Of a DNA stretch of 64,000 bases, positions 1 through 10,835 are shown in pieces. A program made the position numbers and the translations under genes. The DNA is from Candidatus Dojkabacteria bacterium (GTDB lineage Bacteria > Patescibacteriota > Dojkabacteria > SC72). The stretch's first letter is position 1, and each line of letters opens with the position of its first letter. The stretch lies in assembly GCA_050950165.1 (NCBI GenBank), contig JBMNHC010000001.1:389738-453737 (forward strand). Reading direction: 5' to 3'. The notes under the pieces are model-generated. The model was given only the letters and a program-made list of their open reading frames with translations. It was not told the DNA's origin and made no database searches.

Positions 1-3000
1 AGGAGAGAGAACTGTAATACTTGCTTTCTGATTTGTTATTCCTGATACAGAGAGAGCATATTTCTTATTATTTATACTTGTTGCCTCTGTAACCTTGGCT
101 GTTGTAATAACGCCGTCTTCTTTAATCTTAAATCCATTTGCAGCTAAGGTGTCATCTTTTAGAGGTTCAGAGAATGTTGCATGAAAGATGATAGGTTGTT
201 GATTAGTTGGATTTGACTGTTCAGTTGCTGGTACAATCGAAGTAATGTATGGAGGTGTAATATCAATTATTAATTGACCTGTAATCTCACTACTGTTTTG
301 AGTAGAATCCGTAGCAGTTATTGTTAAATTGTATGTATTTGTTGTAAGGCTATTAATGTCTCCTGCAGATACAGTCCAAGTACCATTTTGGTTGTTTGTT
401 GCATTGATTATCTGTCCAGTTTCTTCAATCTTAACTGTTACAGTAGCATCTTTATCATTAACCGTCCCTGTAAGTTCAGGAGATGGATTATTTGTACTTA
501 AATCCTCGTATCCTACAACAGGGGGAATTGTATCTTTTGTAAGGTTTTTTGTATCATCTCCCTTATTTCCAACATCATCTGTTTGTGATGCATAGACAAT
601 GACTGTTCCATCTGGTTGGGCTGATAGATCTAGTTCAGTACTCCAAGTACTATCAGCTAGACATTCTGTTGAATAAGATTGTTCTGTGACAACTATAGTA
701 ATATTACCATCTCCAGCGGTACATGTACCCCCTAGGGTATAGTGAGCTCTATTTGCTCTGTTTATCGGTGTTGTACTGGTAATTAATACTTTTGGTGCAA
801 TTCTATCAATAATATATCCTTCTTTAGTTTCAGTAATACTATTTCCTGCTTTGTCTGTTGCCTTTATAGTAAGATCACCAGATTCTATGATTGTTATAGT
901 ACAGTGTATGATATTGTGATCTCCAGCATCAGGAGTACATTCTAAATTCTCAGCCATTCCTGTTGAACTTGCAGCTATCTCAATACCACCAGGATGTATT
1001 TCAATATTATCTGTTACAGTAATTGTAGTATTAGTAATATTATCCTTTTTCTTCTTGGTAGGGGCATTGATAGTAATTACAGGGTCAACAGTATCAATTG
1101 TATACATGTGTGTCTCATATCCCGTAGCACCATTAGTTGTATCCTGAGCAGTCACCATTATCATACCACTGTTTTGAATACCTAAGATCTCGCAAGTAAC
1201 GGTAGTGTCATACGGTGCAGTAGTTTTGTTGTTTCTATCTGTACAAGTTCCAAGGGTAACACCATCAGATGCTGAGCCAGAGATAACAATGTTATCAATT
1301 TCATGTCCATCGATAGGGGCGGTAATGGTTACAGTTGTATCATCAATTGCTTGGTTACTAAGGATAGTAGGGGCATTGAATACTACATCTGGAGGGAAAA
1401 CAGTTTGTTTTAATGTAGCATTTCCTACTAGGTCATATGCAATAATTTTAACAGTATGTTGAGGTTCATGAGGGTCAAGGTGAAGAGTTCTTGTTATAAC
1501 TCCAGGTTCTGTATATATTATCTCATCAATAGTCTCAGTTGTTGAAACACCTTCCCCTTCGTTGTCTTTGATATATACTATTTCATATCTTGCTACACCA
1601 ACTGCATCAAAAGCTTCAAAACTAACAACTGGTCTGTGTAAACCATGTGTTGTAGTATCAACATTTGATGTAATGAAAGTAGGGCTAGTAGTATCAATGA
1701 CATATCCATCTTTGAAAGCTGTAGAGCTTAGACCAGAATCATCAGTAGCTTTAAGAACCAATTTACCAGAGGTATTGATAGTAATTGTACAGTTAAGTGT
1801 CAATTTAGTACCAGGAGAATCATTGATAAATGGGAAATTGTCTGATGTGCTAGAACCTGATTCTACTGTACAGGCAATGCCACTAGCTGTAGCTATACTA
1901 GAAGAATCCACCTCTACATTTTGTATTGTGTAGTAATCACTTACAGTAAAAGTAGTATCAGTAATTGGGGCATTTGACATCATAGTCTCCCCAGGAGTAA
2001 TTGTTATTTCAGGAGGAGAATCATCAACATCTAATACGGTTATTATAAAAATCTTCTCGCTGGAAAGGTCGGTAGCATCAGTTGCTCGGACTCTAATAGT
2101 GTATTTATTTTTATTATCTGGATCATTTTCTGGATCACCGTGACCTTGTGGATCTTCATAGTCAGGAGCTTGTGAGAATGATAGTAATCTAGTATCAGAA
2201 TTAAAAGTGAATTTTGAGTTATCTTCACTACCTTCACCAGGCACAAGAGAGTAGGTAATTGGAGGTCTTTCAGAGTCTGACGAAATAGTACCAACTTCTG
2301 TTGTATTTTCTTCGACTTCATAGTTATCTATTCTTAAATTTTGTGGTGGACATCTTTGACCGGCATCTGTAATATTCCAGCCATCCGTAGTCATTAGCTT
2401 ACTTCTTGCATCTCCTGCATAACAGTAGTAAACTCCCACTGCGCTAAAGGTTCGGTTTGGCTTTACAGTTTTTTTACTCCATGCATCTAGCAAATTATCA
2501 TAATTGTAGTATTGCATATTAGAAGCATTTAAGAATTGAGTAAAGTATTCAACTTTACCAACATCCCAATTAGATATGTCTTGATTAAACCCAGAAGCAC
2601 GATCAAACATACGCGCCATATTTGTAACATTTGTCGTATTCCAATTGCTACCAAACGGTTGATTGAAAACAGTAGCGTAATTAAACATACATGCCATACT
2701 TTGAACCTTAGTAGTATTCCAGTTTAGAGGCTTGCTCTCATCACCAGGCTCAGCGCCATTATTAAAAACATTAGCATTTTGAAACATATACGACATGTTT
2801 TCAACATTTGTTGTATCCCAATCACCGATATATTGATTAAAGCTTCTAGCTAGCCTAAACATATTTGACATGTTTTTTACACCTGCTGTATTCCATTTAG
2901 GGCCAAACGGTTGATTAAAATCTCTTGCTACAAACGCGGAATACATATTAGTAACCTCTGGTATTTCCCAATTTAAAGGAATATTACTACCACCCGCAAC

Positions 3001-4707
3001 GTCACCGTTATTAAAAACTATCGCTCCATTAAACAGATGCATCATACTTTTAACTTTTCTAGTATCCCAGTTATTAAGATTTTGATTGAAGGAACTAGCG
3101 CCCATAAACATACCCATCATGCCAGTTACATTGCTAGTATCCCAAGAGCCGATTTTTTGGTTAAATGCTCCAGCTTTATAAAACATATATGTCATGTCAC
3201 CAACATTTTTGGTATCCCAATTCATAGTATTATGACTTTCACCTGGTGCTTCACCATTATTAAAATTAGTGGCTTCATTAAACATATTTGACATGTCCGT
3301 AACATTGCCAGTTTGCCAACTACTAAGATTTTGATTAAACGCACTAGCATATCTAAACATTCTGAACATATTTTTAACTTTTGAAGTGTTCCAACTATTT
3401 AAAGAATTACTACTTCCGCCCGGCTCGTCACCATTATTAAAATTAGTGGCTTCATTAAACATATCTGACATATCCGTAACATTGCCTGTTTGCCAATTAC
3501 TCAGATTTTGATTAAACGCACTAGCCCCTCGAAATATATGTGCCATATTTTCAACATTTGCTGTATTCCAATTACCAATATCTTGATTAAAACTCTTGGC
3601 GTCTCTAAACGCATACCCCATATTTTTAACACTTGCTGTATTCCAATTATCGCCAAACGGTTGATTAAAAGCTTCAGCCCCATAAAACATATATATCATA
3701 TATTGAAGTTTTGCACTGCTCCAATTTATAGTGTTATGGCTTTCACCCGGTGCCTCACCGTTATTAAAAGCAGCAGCATTAAAAAACATACCACTCATAT
3801 ATCCAACATTTCCTGTATTCCAATCACCAATCTTTTGATTAAACGCACTAGCCCCTTGAAACATATATGTCATGTCACCAACATTTTTAGTATCCCAATT
3901 CATAGTGTTATGGCTTTCACCTGGTGCTTCGCCATTATTAAAATTAGTAGCTCCGTTAAACATGTAAGACATATTGGTAACCGCACCAGTATTCCACCCA
4001 CCAATGTATTGATTAAAGCTTCTAGCATCTCGGAACATAGAAGCCATATTTTTAACTTGGCTAGTATTCCACCCACCAATTGGAGAGTTAAAATTAGTAG
4101 CATCCTTAAACATGCTATTCATATTGGTTACATTGCTAGTAACCCAATTATTCATAGATGAATTACCAGTAAAATTTGTGGCACCTTCAAAAGCAGAACT
4201 CATATCAGTCACTGCTGATAAATCAGGAATATCACTAGCAGTTAGTTGCATATTTTTCATGCCTATAAAAGCTGATGCGAAACTTGACCAGGGAATAGTA
4301 CCCCATTGTTTGATTTCTTGAAGTTTAGCTCTTTCATCAGCAGCTAAATCAAGAGCATAGAAGTGGAGTGGGGCTGTTGACCTAACACAAATGTCATAGG
4401 TACCAGCCTCACCATAATCATAACTAACTCTATTACTAGAAACTGGTAGGAAATCGTCATTACAATACCAAGAGACTTCATATTCATCAGTGGCGTTTTT
4501 TAGAAAGTTTAGAGTAACTTTAGTTGACTCAGTAGCTCCCTCTACATTAGTTGTCCAACTAGTAACAAACAGATCAGAAGAGTAGGCATGGGTTGGAAAA
4601 TTCCTGTTTTTAATTAAAAAGATTGTAAAAACGATAACTAACAAAGGAGTAGTTAGTAAAAAGAATATTCTCTTCACATGTGAGTATCGGACAGTTCTCC
4701 CAATCAT
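1..4707 (-). CDS. BspA/DUF285 repeat surface protein with cadherin-like and Ig-like domains, >1569 aa, runs off the window start
   Basis: Absent from the ORF track, presumably because no stop falls inside the window. ATG at 4707-4705 overlaps the upstream TGA (TGATG). Manual translation gives MIGRTVRYSHVKRIFFLLTTPLLVIVF (signal/TM), many WNTxxVxxMxxMFxxAxxFNQ repeats, a cadherin-like PDYEDP...YTIRVRATD segment and Ig-like TDxAGN repeats. The frame is still open at base 1. Confidence 0.88.
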   Translation of the reverse strand, partial: MIGRTVRYSHVKRIFFLLTTPLLVIVFTIFLIKNRNFPTHAYSSDLFVTSWTTNVEGATESTKVTLNFLKNATDEYEVSWYCNDDFLPVSSNRVSYDYGEAGTYDICVRSTAPLHFYALDLAADERAKLQEIKQWGTIPWSSFASAFIGMKNMQLTASDIPDLSAVTDMSSAFEGATNFTGNSSMNNWVTSNVTNMNSMFKDATNFNSPIGGWNTSQVKNMASMFRDARSFNQYIGGWNTGAVTNMSYMFNGATNFNNGEAPGESHNTMNWDTKNVGDMTYMFQGASAFNQKIGDWNTGNVGYMSGMFFNAAAFNNGEAPGESHNTINWSSAKLQYMIYMFYGAEAFNQPFGDNWNTASVKNMGYAFRDAKSFNQDIGNWNTANVENMAHIFRGASAFNQNLSNWQTGNVTDMSDMFNEATNFNNGDEPGGSSNSLNSWNTSKVKNMFRMFRYASAFNQNLSSWQTGNVTDMSNMFNEATNFNNGEAPGESHNTMNWDTKNVGDMTYMFYKAGAFNQKIGSWDTSNVTGMMGMFMGASSFNQNLNNWDTRKVKSMMHLFNGAIVFNNGDVAGGSNIPLNWEIPEVTNMYSAFVARDFNQPFGPKWNTAGVKNMSNMFRLARSFNQYIGDWDTTNVENMSYMFQNANVFNNGAEPGDESKPLNWNTTKVQSMACMFNYATVFNQPFGSNWNTTNVTNMARMFDRASGFNQDISNWDVGKVEYFTQFLNASNMQYYNYDNLLDAWSKKTVKPNRTFSAVGVYYCYAGDARSKLMTTDGWNITDAGQRCPPQNLRIDNYEVEENTTEVGTISSDSERPPITYSLVPGEGSEDNSKFTFNSDTRLLSFSQAPDYEDPQGHGDPENDPDNKNKYTIRVRATDATDLSSEKIFIITVLDVDDSPPEITITPGETMMSNAPITDTTFTVSDYYTIQNVEVDSSSIATASGIACTVESGSSTSDNFPFINDSPGTKLTLNCTITINTSGKLVLKATDDSGLSSTAFKDGYVIDTTSPTFITSNVDTTTHGLHRPVVSFEAFDAVGVARYEIVYIKDNEGEGVSTTETIDEIIYTEPGVITRTLHLDPHEPQHTVKIIAYDLVGNATLKQTVFPPDVVFNAPTILSNQAIDDTTVTITAPIDGHEIDNIVISGSASDGVTLGTCTDRNNKTTAPYDTTVTCEILGIQNSGMIMVTAQDTTNGATGYETHMYTIDTVDPVITINAPTKKKKDNITNTTITVTDNIEIHPGGIEIAASSTGMAENLECTPDAGDHNIIHCTITIIESGDLTIKATDKAGNSITETKEGYIIDRIAPKVLITSTTPINRANRAHYTLGGTCTAGDGNITIVVTEQSYSTECLADSTWSTELDLSAQPDGTVIVYASQTDDVGNKGDDTKNLTKDTIPPVVGYEDLSTNNPSPELTGTVNDKDATVTVKIEETGQIINATNNQNGTWTVSAGDINSLTTNTYNLTITATDSTQNSSEITGQLIIDITPPYITSIVPATEQSNPTNQQPIIFHATFSEPLKDDTLAANGFKIKEDGVITTAKVTEATSINNKKYALSVSGITNQKASITVLSP
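3180..3963. repeat. Near-identical internal DNA duplications within the DUF285 repeat region
   Basis: About 105 bp at ~3180-3285 recurs at ~3859-3963, and about 93 bp at ~3255-3347 recurs at ~3432-3524, each with only scattered substitutions. Confidence 0.8.
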
Positions 4708-6065
4708 CACTCTCTCTTCTTCTCTTTATATATTTTATACCCTAGTAGTATTGCTAGTAGAACAATCAGTGCAATTAACCAGTAAACATAGTTTGGTGTA
4801 GTTACTTGTTCCAACTTTATATTAATCTCCATCTCTTCTTCTCCATCATTAATTAAGTTAATCTCTCTTTCTGATCTATACCCGTTGTATGAAATAACCA
4901 TTGTATGTAAACCAGTATCTAGATTTTCAAAATATACCTCTCCATTTTCATCAGTAATACCTGTTCTAATATCAGAGTGTATTTCAATAGTTGCACCTTT
5001 AATAGGTCTGTGTTGTTTGTCATATACCTTTACTCTTAAGTTCTTAGATTGAGTAGAAGAAGTAGGCTCTTTAACTGTATCTGAAGTATCGTCGGAAGTT
5101 TCTTCTTCCATCTGTTCTATTACAGAGGCGAAATATTTAGTAAATGGATTCCTTGGTTTTCGTATTACTGGTTGTGGGACTGGTGGTGTTATGACGGAGG
5201 GGGGAAGTACAAAGTACATTATACTATTATCCGTAAAGGTACTAGCCTCATTTAAATTACCAGCCATATCTGCAATTCTTCCAGCAGGTAAAATGAGTCT
5301 TACTGTTTCTCCAGATAGCATACCAGTTATAAATACTGTATATGTAGTATTATTAACCTTTACTATTTGAGATACCCTAGCTGTACTACTACCTAAAATA
5401 TCTAGCTCTCCCTTGTAGAAAGAAGTTACATTTACTGGTTCGGAGAAAACAGCTGTAAATTTTATTGGTTCTGTATGTGCAGGATCTGTTTGACCTTTTG
5501 CTTGATTAATTGTCACAGTTGGTGGAGTGGTATCGTATGTAACAGAGTTGTCGGTAAAGGTACATATGAGGTTGTCATTTCCAGCAAGGTCTGTAACTGA
5601 CCCTGCAGGTAGTCTTGCAACTACAGTATCTCCATCTGTTAAGTTATTTACTTCAATTTCATACCTTTTATCACCAATGTTTGTAATACTTTCTACTTGG
5701 GCAGTACTACTTCCTAAGAGTAGTACTTTCCCTTTTGTAAACGTAGCTTCATTAATAGTCTCGGAGAAAATAACTAAGAATTTTATAGAATCTTCATTAG
5801 TAGGATCACTTTGTGTTGGTGATTGATTAACAGAAACAGTTGGAGGAGCTGTGTCTTTCTTTAATGTTGCTTCTGCATTCCCTTCGTTTCCTACAGAATC
5901 TGTTTGTTTTACTGCTACAGGAATATCTCCATCAGGGTAGGTGGAAAGATCTAGAGGTAGGGTCCATCTATTTTCATTACATGTTGCTAAGTATGGTTGT
6001 GTAATCATGATGACAATTGGGTCTTTATCACCAGACGTGCATCCACCTGATAGTGTGTAGCTCAT
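4707..6065 (-). CDS. C-terminal part of the second BspA-like surface protein (Ig-like repeats, Pro-rich linker, carboxypeptidase-regulatory-like domain, C-terminal TM anchor)
   Basis: ORF track 452 aa with DxAGN Ig-like repeats and a C-terminal hydrophobic helix plus basic tail. Same frame as 6264..9302. Confidence 0.7.
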   Translation of the reverse strand: MSYTLSGGCTSGDKDPIVIMITQPYLATCNENRWTLPLDLSTYPDGDIPVAVKQTDSVGNEGNAEATLKKDTAPPTVSVNQSPTQSDPTNEDSIKFLVIFSETINEATFTKGKVLLLGSSTAQVESITNIGDKRYEIEVNNLTDGDTVVARLPAGSVTDLAGNDNLICTFTDNSVTYDTTPPTVTINQAKGQTDPAHTEPIKFTAVFSEPVNVTSFYKGELDILGSSTARVSQIVKVNNTTYTVFITGMLSGETVRLILPAGRIADMAGNLNEASTFTDNSIMYFVLPPSVITPPVPQPVIRKPRNPFTKYFASVIEQMEEETSDDTSDTVKEPTSSTQSKNLRVKVYDKQHRPIKGATIEIHSDIRTGITDENGEVYFENLDTGLHTMVISYNGYRSEREINLINDGEEEMEINIKLEQVTTPNYVYWLIALIVLLAILLGYKIYKEKKRE

Positions 6066-6263
6066 ATGATTGTTTAAGTTAACTTTTGCAGGAGAATCTA
6101 TTGATACTTCAGGTGCAATTTTGTCAACAAGAAAGTCATCTACGAACCCTGTGGCAGTGTTATCAGCTTTATCTTTAGCTTGAATGACTAGTTTACCCGA
6201 GCTTGTAATTGTTAGAGTACAATTTACTATGGACTTATTATTATCATCAGTATCACAGAGTAA

Positions 6264-9200
6264 TTAGTCATTCAATACATCAACAGTTGTATCTGAGTGT
6301 ATTGTGATATCGTCTGCAAAAAGATCAACCCCATCAGTAACTGTAATTGTGACATCAGTGATATCGCTGTTACTTGATTTGGTAGGTGCAGAGATAACTA
6401 TTTTTGGAGCCTCTGTGTCATGGAAATATTTTTGTAAATTCATCCCTTCATATATCTGTTCAGAGGCATCTTTTTCCTTAGCATGAACTTCAAGCATACC
6501 AGTCTCTTGAATACCGTGTATCTGGCATTCTACAGAAGTAATGTAAGGGAAAACTGGAGTCTCATCTATGTTGTCATCTTTATCTTTACAGTTGCGAAGC
6601 TGTGCTCCGGAAGCGGCTGCACCTCGGAGGTCAATATCAGTAATGATGTTGCCTGGAGTGGATGTAGTAATTTTTACAGTTGTATTATTGATAGGGTTTC
6701 TACTAATTATGGTAGGAGCAGTTATTTCAATTGTTGGTGGGAAATAGATTCTTCTGGATGTGTAGTTATCGGTATTGTCATACGCCTTAATTTCTATTGA
6801 ACGAGGAACCTGATGAGGATCTAAGTCGATCTCATCGTAGGAAAGTGTTCCTGGACGATCTTCAATTGAAATGATTGTGGCTTCCTCTGATACACCCTCT
6901 CCGTCATTATCTTTAAAGAAAATGATTTCATATCTCTGTATTCCTGTAGGGTCTTCAGCTTTAAAGGAAACACTTGGATTATCTATACTGTATGGTGTAG
7001 CAGTATTAACATTGGCTACAGTAAAGGTTGGACCAAATGTATCAATGATATATCCAGGCTCTTCAGCAGTAGTAGTGTAACCTGCTTCATCAGTAGCATA
7101 AAGGACTAAGCTACCAGAGGTGGTAATGGTGACCTTACATCTTATAGTTAAATGGTTTGTAGGGTCAGGTTCATCACATCTATATGGGAAATCTGGTGAT
7201 GATGTGTTTCTTACTCCCCAACACTGGATGCTATTAGGCTGAATGGCAGCAACACTTGATGTATGTAATCCTACTGATTTAATTGAGAATCTATCACTTA
7301 CTTCAAACTCTGTATCCGTTATATTCCCCTTGTTTTTCTTAATCCCTGGGTAAATTGTAATAACTGGTCCTACATCATCAATATCGTTGACGGTAATAAC
7401 GAAGACTGCTTCCGAGTACTGTTTAACTACATCAGTGACTCGTACTCTAATGGTATATTTGTTTCCATCTTCTGGATCAGCTGAACCTTGTGGGTCTTCA
7501 AAGTCAGGTGGTTGTGAGAATGCTAATAGTCCAGTAGATGAGTTAAGAGCAAATTTAAGATTGTCTTCACTTCCTTGCCCAGGAACAAGGGTGTAGATTA
7601 GAGATGAAGTCTCTTCGTCTTCTGCAGTGATAGTGCCTACCTCTGTTGTATTTTCATCAATCTCTGTGTAGTCCAAATCTATATTAAATGGAGGACAGTT
7701 TTGACCAGCATCATTGATAGTCCAAGTGTAAGTAGTACTTAACTTGTTCCTAGCTGTTCCTGCATTACAGTAGTAAACACCATCTGCACCGAATGTTAGA
7801 CCCAATTTGACATTTTGTTCACTCCAACTGTTCAATAGCCTGTCATAGTTATCTGATACTAGTCCAGAGTCGCTGAGAAAGAGATCAAAATTTGTAACAC
7901 CTCTAACATTCCAAGTTGATATGTCTTGATTGAATGCCTTTGCGTTGTTGAACAAAGAGCTCATATTACTAACCTTTGAGGTATCCCAATTTCCAATAGG
8001 TTGGTTAAATGAGGTTGCACCTTTAAACATATCTGACATAGAGGTAACTCCTGATGTCACCCAATTGTTAAGAGGTTGATTAAAAGCTACAGCTCCTTCA
8101 AATAGTTTGCTCATAGTATATACCTGAGATGTATTCCAACTGTTAAGTGGTTTGTTGAATGAAGAGGCACCTCTAAACATACTTGCCATATCTCTTAGTC
8201 TGTTAGTCTCCCAAGTACTAATATCTTGGTTAAACGAAGTAGCTAAAGAAAACATAGCTGTCATGTAAATAACCTTTGATACATCCCAATCACCAATTGG
8301 TTGATTGAAATTAGTAGCCCCAGCAAACATACCTGACATATTCGTTACATTTCCTGTTTTCCATTTCTTAATATCTTGGTTAAAAGCTGTTGCACTATAG
8401 AACATGTATCTCATGTTGTTGACATTTGAAGTATTCCATTCCCCTATGGGTTGATTAAAAGCATTGGTACTACCAAACATATATGACATATCTTCAACAT
8501 TTTTAGTATCCCAATTCTCAATATTTTGATTAAATGCTCTAGCTACATAGAACATACAATTCATATTTGTAACATTTCCAGTATTCCAACCCCCAATATT
8601 TCGATTAAATGATTGAGCGTTCCTAAACATTCTTGACATATCAGTTACATTGTCAGTATCCCAGCCACTAATGTCTGCATTGAATTTACCACTATTCTCA
8701 AACATACTTTTCATATTAGTCACATTGATGGTATCCCAAGAGTTCATAGAATTGTTTCCAGTAAAGTTTTGGAGACCACCGAAAGCACCAGACATATCTG
8801 TTACTCTTGACAGATCAGGTGCATCAGAAGCAGTTAACTGCATATTACCCATACCCCAGAAAGATGATGCAAAACTTGACCATGGAATGGTACCCCACTG
8901 TTTAATCTCTAATAGTTTTGCTCTTTCATTTGCAGATAAGCCTGTAGATTGGAAAGATATTGGATAGATAGTCTGTATACAAATTCTATAAGTACCGGGT
9001 GTTTGAAAGTCATGAACGACTTTGTCATAATAAATCACTTCATCAATAGAGCCATTACATTCCCAGTCAACTTCATAGCTACCTGTTGCTCCTGTTAACT
9101 GGAAGTTTAAGGTAACTGTTGAATCAGTTGGATCAGTTATATTAGTTTGCCATTCGGTTACGAATAGATTAGGGGCATAGGCATAGGTTTTAAAAGGATG

Positions 9201-9302
9201 TTTTTTAACAAGGAAGGTAGTAAACCCAGCAACTAGAAGAAGGGTAGTCAAGATTAAGAGAAATCTTTTTGTATATGAATGTTGGACAGTTTTTGTAATC
9301 AT
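6264..9302 (-). CDS. N-terminal part of the second BspA/DUF285 repeat surface protein (signal/TM, DUF285 repeats, cadherin-like domain)
   Basis: ORF track 1012 aa with ~25-aa repeats (WDTxNVTNMxxMFxxAxxFNQxI) and a cadherin-like DFEDP...YTIRVRVTD segment. Confidence 0.85.
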   Translation of the reverse strand: MITKTVQHSYTKRFLLILTTLLLVAGFTTFLVKKHPFKTYAYAPNLFVTEWQTNITDPTDSTVTLNFQLTGATGSYEVDWECNGSIDEVIYYDKVVHDFQTPGTYRICIQTIYPISFQSTGLSANERAKLLEIKQWGTIPWSSFASSFWGMGNMQLTASDAPDLSRVTDMSGAFGGLQNFTGNNSMNSWDTINVTNMKSMFENSGKFNADISGWDTDNVTDMSRMFRNAQSFNRNIGGWNTGNVTNMNCMFYVARAFNQNIENWDTKNVEDMSYMFGSTNAFNQPIGEWNTSNVNNMRYMFYSATAFNQDIKKWKTGNVTNMSGMFAGATNFNQPIGDWDVSKVIYMTAMFSLATSFNQDISTWETNRLRDMASMFRGASSFNKPLNSWNTSQVYTMSKLFEGAVAFNQPLNNWVTSGVTSMSDMFKGATSFNQPIGNWDTSKVSNMSSLFNNAKAFNQDISTWNVRGVTNFDLFLSDSGLVSDNYDRLLNSWSEQNVKLGLTFGADGVYYCNAGTARNKLSTTYTWTINDAGQNCPPFNIDLDYTEIDENTTEVGTITAEDEETSSLIYTLVPGQGSEDNLKFALNSSTGLLAFSQPPDFEDPQGSADPEDGNKYTIRVRVTDVVKQYSEAVFVITVNDIDDVGPVITIYPGIKKNKGNITDTEFEVSDRFSIKSVGLHTSSVAAIQPNSIQCWGVRNTSSPDFPYRCDEPDPTNHLTIRCKVTITTSGSLVLYATDEAGYTTTAEEPGYIIDTFGPTFTVANVNTATPYSIDNPSVSFKAEDPTGIQRYEIIFFKDNDGEGVSEEATIISIEDRPGTLSYDEIDLDPHQVPRSIEIKAYDNTDNYTSRRIYFPPTIEITAPTIISRNPINNTTVKITTSTPGNIITDIDLRGAAASGAQLRNCKDKDDNIDETPVFPYITSVECQIHGIQETGMLEVHAKEKDASEQIYEGMNLQKYFHDTEAPKIVISAPTKSSNSDITDVTITVTDGVDLFADDITIHSDTTVDVLND

Positions 9303-9554
9303 AATCTCAAAATGTTAGGTAATAGTATACTGATTTTATCTATCAATCTTCTACCTTCTTTATTGCATTAGAGTTTATATATTAAGCATTCTCTATACTT
9401 AATACCATAGTATATCTTTCGTTATTATTCAAGCCCAAATTTTAAGTTTTGGGTATACAACAAGAGAGTTGTCTAGTATGATTAAAGGTAATAGCAATGG
9501 AGAGGCGAGAATGTAGTAGTTTTCATCTCTATATCTAACTTTTTTATACCCCCT

Positions 9555-10829
9555 ATGAAAAAAGAAAAATCTCAAGAGTACATATTTCCAAAAAATTTCT
9601 ACTGGGGAGCTGCTACTGCTAGTCATCAAGTAGAGGGAAATAATTATAATGATTGGAGTGAATGGGAGAAATCAGAGAAAAGAATTAATGATTTAAAGAA
9701 GAGTGGATTACTTGATAAATATGGACAAGATAACTTCATATCAGGTAGAGGAGCAGACCATTACAACAAGTATAAGGAGGATTTTAAACTAGCAAAAGAA
9801 TTAGGTCATAATGCTACAAGATTTTCCATTGAATGGTCTAGGATAGAGCCAGAAGAAGGAAAGTTTGATCAAAAGGCAATTAATCACTACAAAGATGTTA
9901 TAAAGAGATTAAAAGAATTAGATATTGAACCATTTGTAACTCTTTGGCATTGGCCGATACCGATCTGGTTGAGGGATAAGGGGGGATTAAAATCATCTGA
10001 GATGCCAAAATACTTTGTTAGATATGCTAAGAAGGTAGTAGAGGCATTGGGAGATGATGTTAAGTTTTGGATTACACTTAATGAGCCATTGGTAAATACT
10101 TCAATCTCTTATATACAAGGGATATGGCCACCACAAAGAAAGAATCCTTTTGTTTTTCTTAAAGTTAATCTTAATTTACTAAAGAGTCATAAACTTACAT
10201 ATACTGCTATAAAGGAGATTAATCCAAAAGCTCAAGTAGGTATAGCGAAACATAATGCATATTTTAGTATCAAGGGTAATTATTTAATTAATAAGGGTAT
10301 TAAATCTCTTGTAGATGCTTTGTGGAATCATTTATGGTTACGGTGTATTAGAGATCATCAAGACTTTATTGGTCTAAATCACTATTTCCATCATAGGATT
10401 CTTTATGGCTTAGGTAAGAATGAGAGGAAAATTATTAACCATATGGGTTGGGAGATATATCCAACATCTCTCTATCACTGTCTTAAAGATTTAAAGAGGT
10501 ATAACAAGCCAATATATGTTACAGAGAATGGTTTAGCAGATGCTAAGGATGAGAAGAGAACATGGTTTATCTATGAAATGCTTAAAGGGGTTCATAAGGC
10601 AATAGAAGAGGGTGTTGATGTAAAAGGATATTTACATTGGTCTCTGATGGATAATTTTGAATGGGCTGATGGATATTGGCCAAGATTTGGTTTAATAGAG
10701 ATAGATTATGATACTCTTGAGAGGAGACCTAGAAAATCTGCATACTTTTACAGAGATATCTGTAAGAGTAATGGAATAACCTCATCAGTAGTAGAAAAGT
10801 ATAAAGAAGAGATAGAGAGATTTTCCTAA
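9555..10829 (+). CDS. Glycoside hydrolase family 1 (beta-glucosidase-like)
   Basis: GH1 motifs: FPKNFYWGAATASHQVEG, RFSIEWSRI, TLNEP (acid/base), YVTENG (nucleophile), WSLMDNFEW. Confidence 0.95.
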   Translation: MKKEKSQEYIFPKNFYWGAATASHQVEGNNYNDWSEWEKSEKRINDLKKSGLLDKYGQDNFISGRGADHYNKYKEDFKLAKELGHNATRFSIEWSRIEPEEGKFDQKAINHYKDVIKRLKELDIEPFVTLWHWPIPIWLRDKGGLKSSEMPKYFVRYAKKVVEALGDDVKFWITLNEPLVNTSISYIQGIWPPQRKNPFVFLKVNLNLLKSHKLTYTAIKEINPKAQVGIAKHNAYFSIKGNYLINKGIKSLVDALWNHLWLRCIRDHQDFIGLNHYFHHRILYGLGKNERKIINHMGWEIYPTSLYHCLKDLKRYNKPIYVTENGLADAKDEKRTWFIYEMLKGVHKAIEEGVDVKGYLHWSLMDNFEWADGYWPRFGLIEIDYDTLERRPRKSAYFYRDICKSNGITSSVVEKYKEEIERFS

Positions 10830-10835
10830 TACAAT

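Larger units (their letters stand above)
4707..9302 (-). pseudogene. Single ~1531-codon BspA/DUF285 surface protein gene interrupted by one in-frame TAA at 6264-6266
   Basis: Both ORFs share a frame. The gap 6066-6263 is stop-free and translates as LLCDTDDNNKSIVNCTLTITSSGKLVIQAKDKADNTATGFVDDFLVDKIAPEV, colinear with the intact paralog (LECTPDAGDHNIIHCTITIIESGDLTIKATDKAGNSITETKEGYIIDRIAPKV). Confidence 0.75.

Noticed and set aside
6264-6266. Alternative genetic code (stop reassignment)
   Set aside because: TAA, TAG and TGA all end intact conserved genes here, and a normal tRNA-Trp(CCA) is present. Only this one internal stop was found.
2500-8800. Diversity-generating retroelement template/variable repeats
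   Set aside because: The duplicated segments are in-frame coding repeats with mixed, mostly synonymous-type changes rather than adenine-specific ones, and there is no reverse transcriptase in the window.
329-8967. Numerous 60-220-aa + strand ORFs here and similar ORFs opposite other large genes
   Set aside because: Antisense shadows of long repetitive or conserved genes, with no motifs or expression signals.
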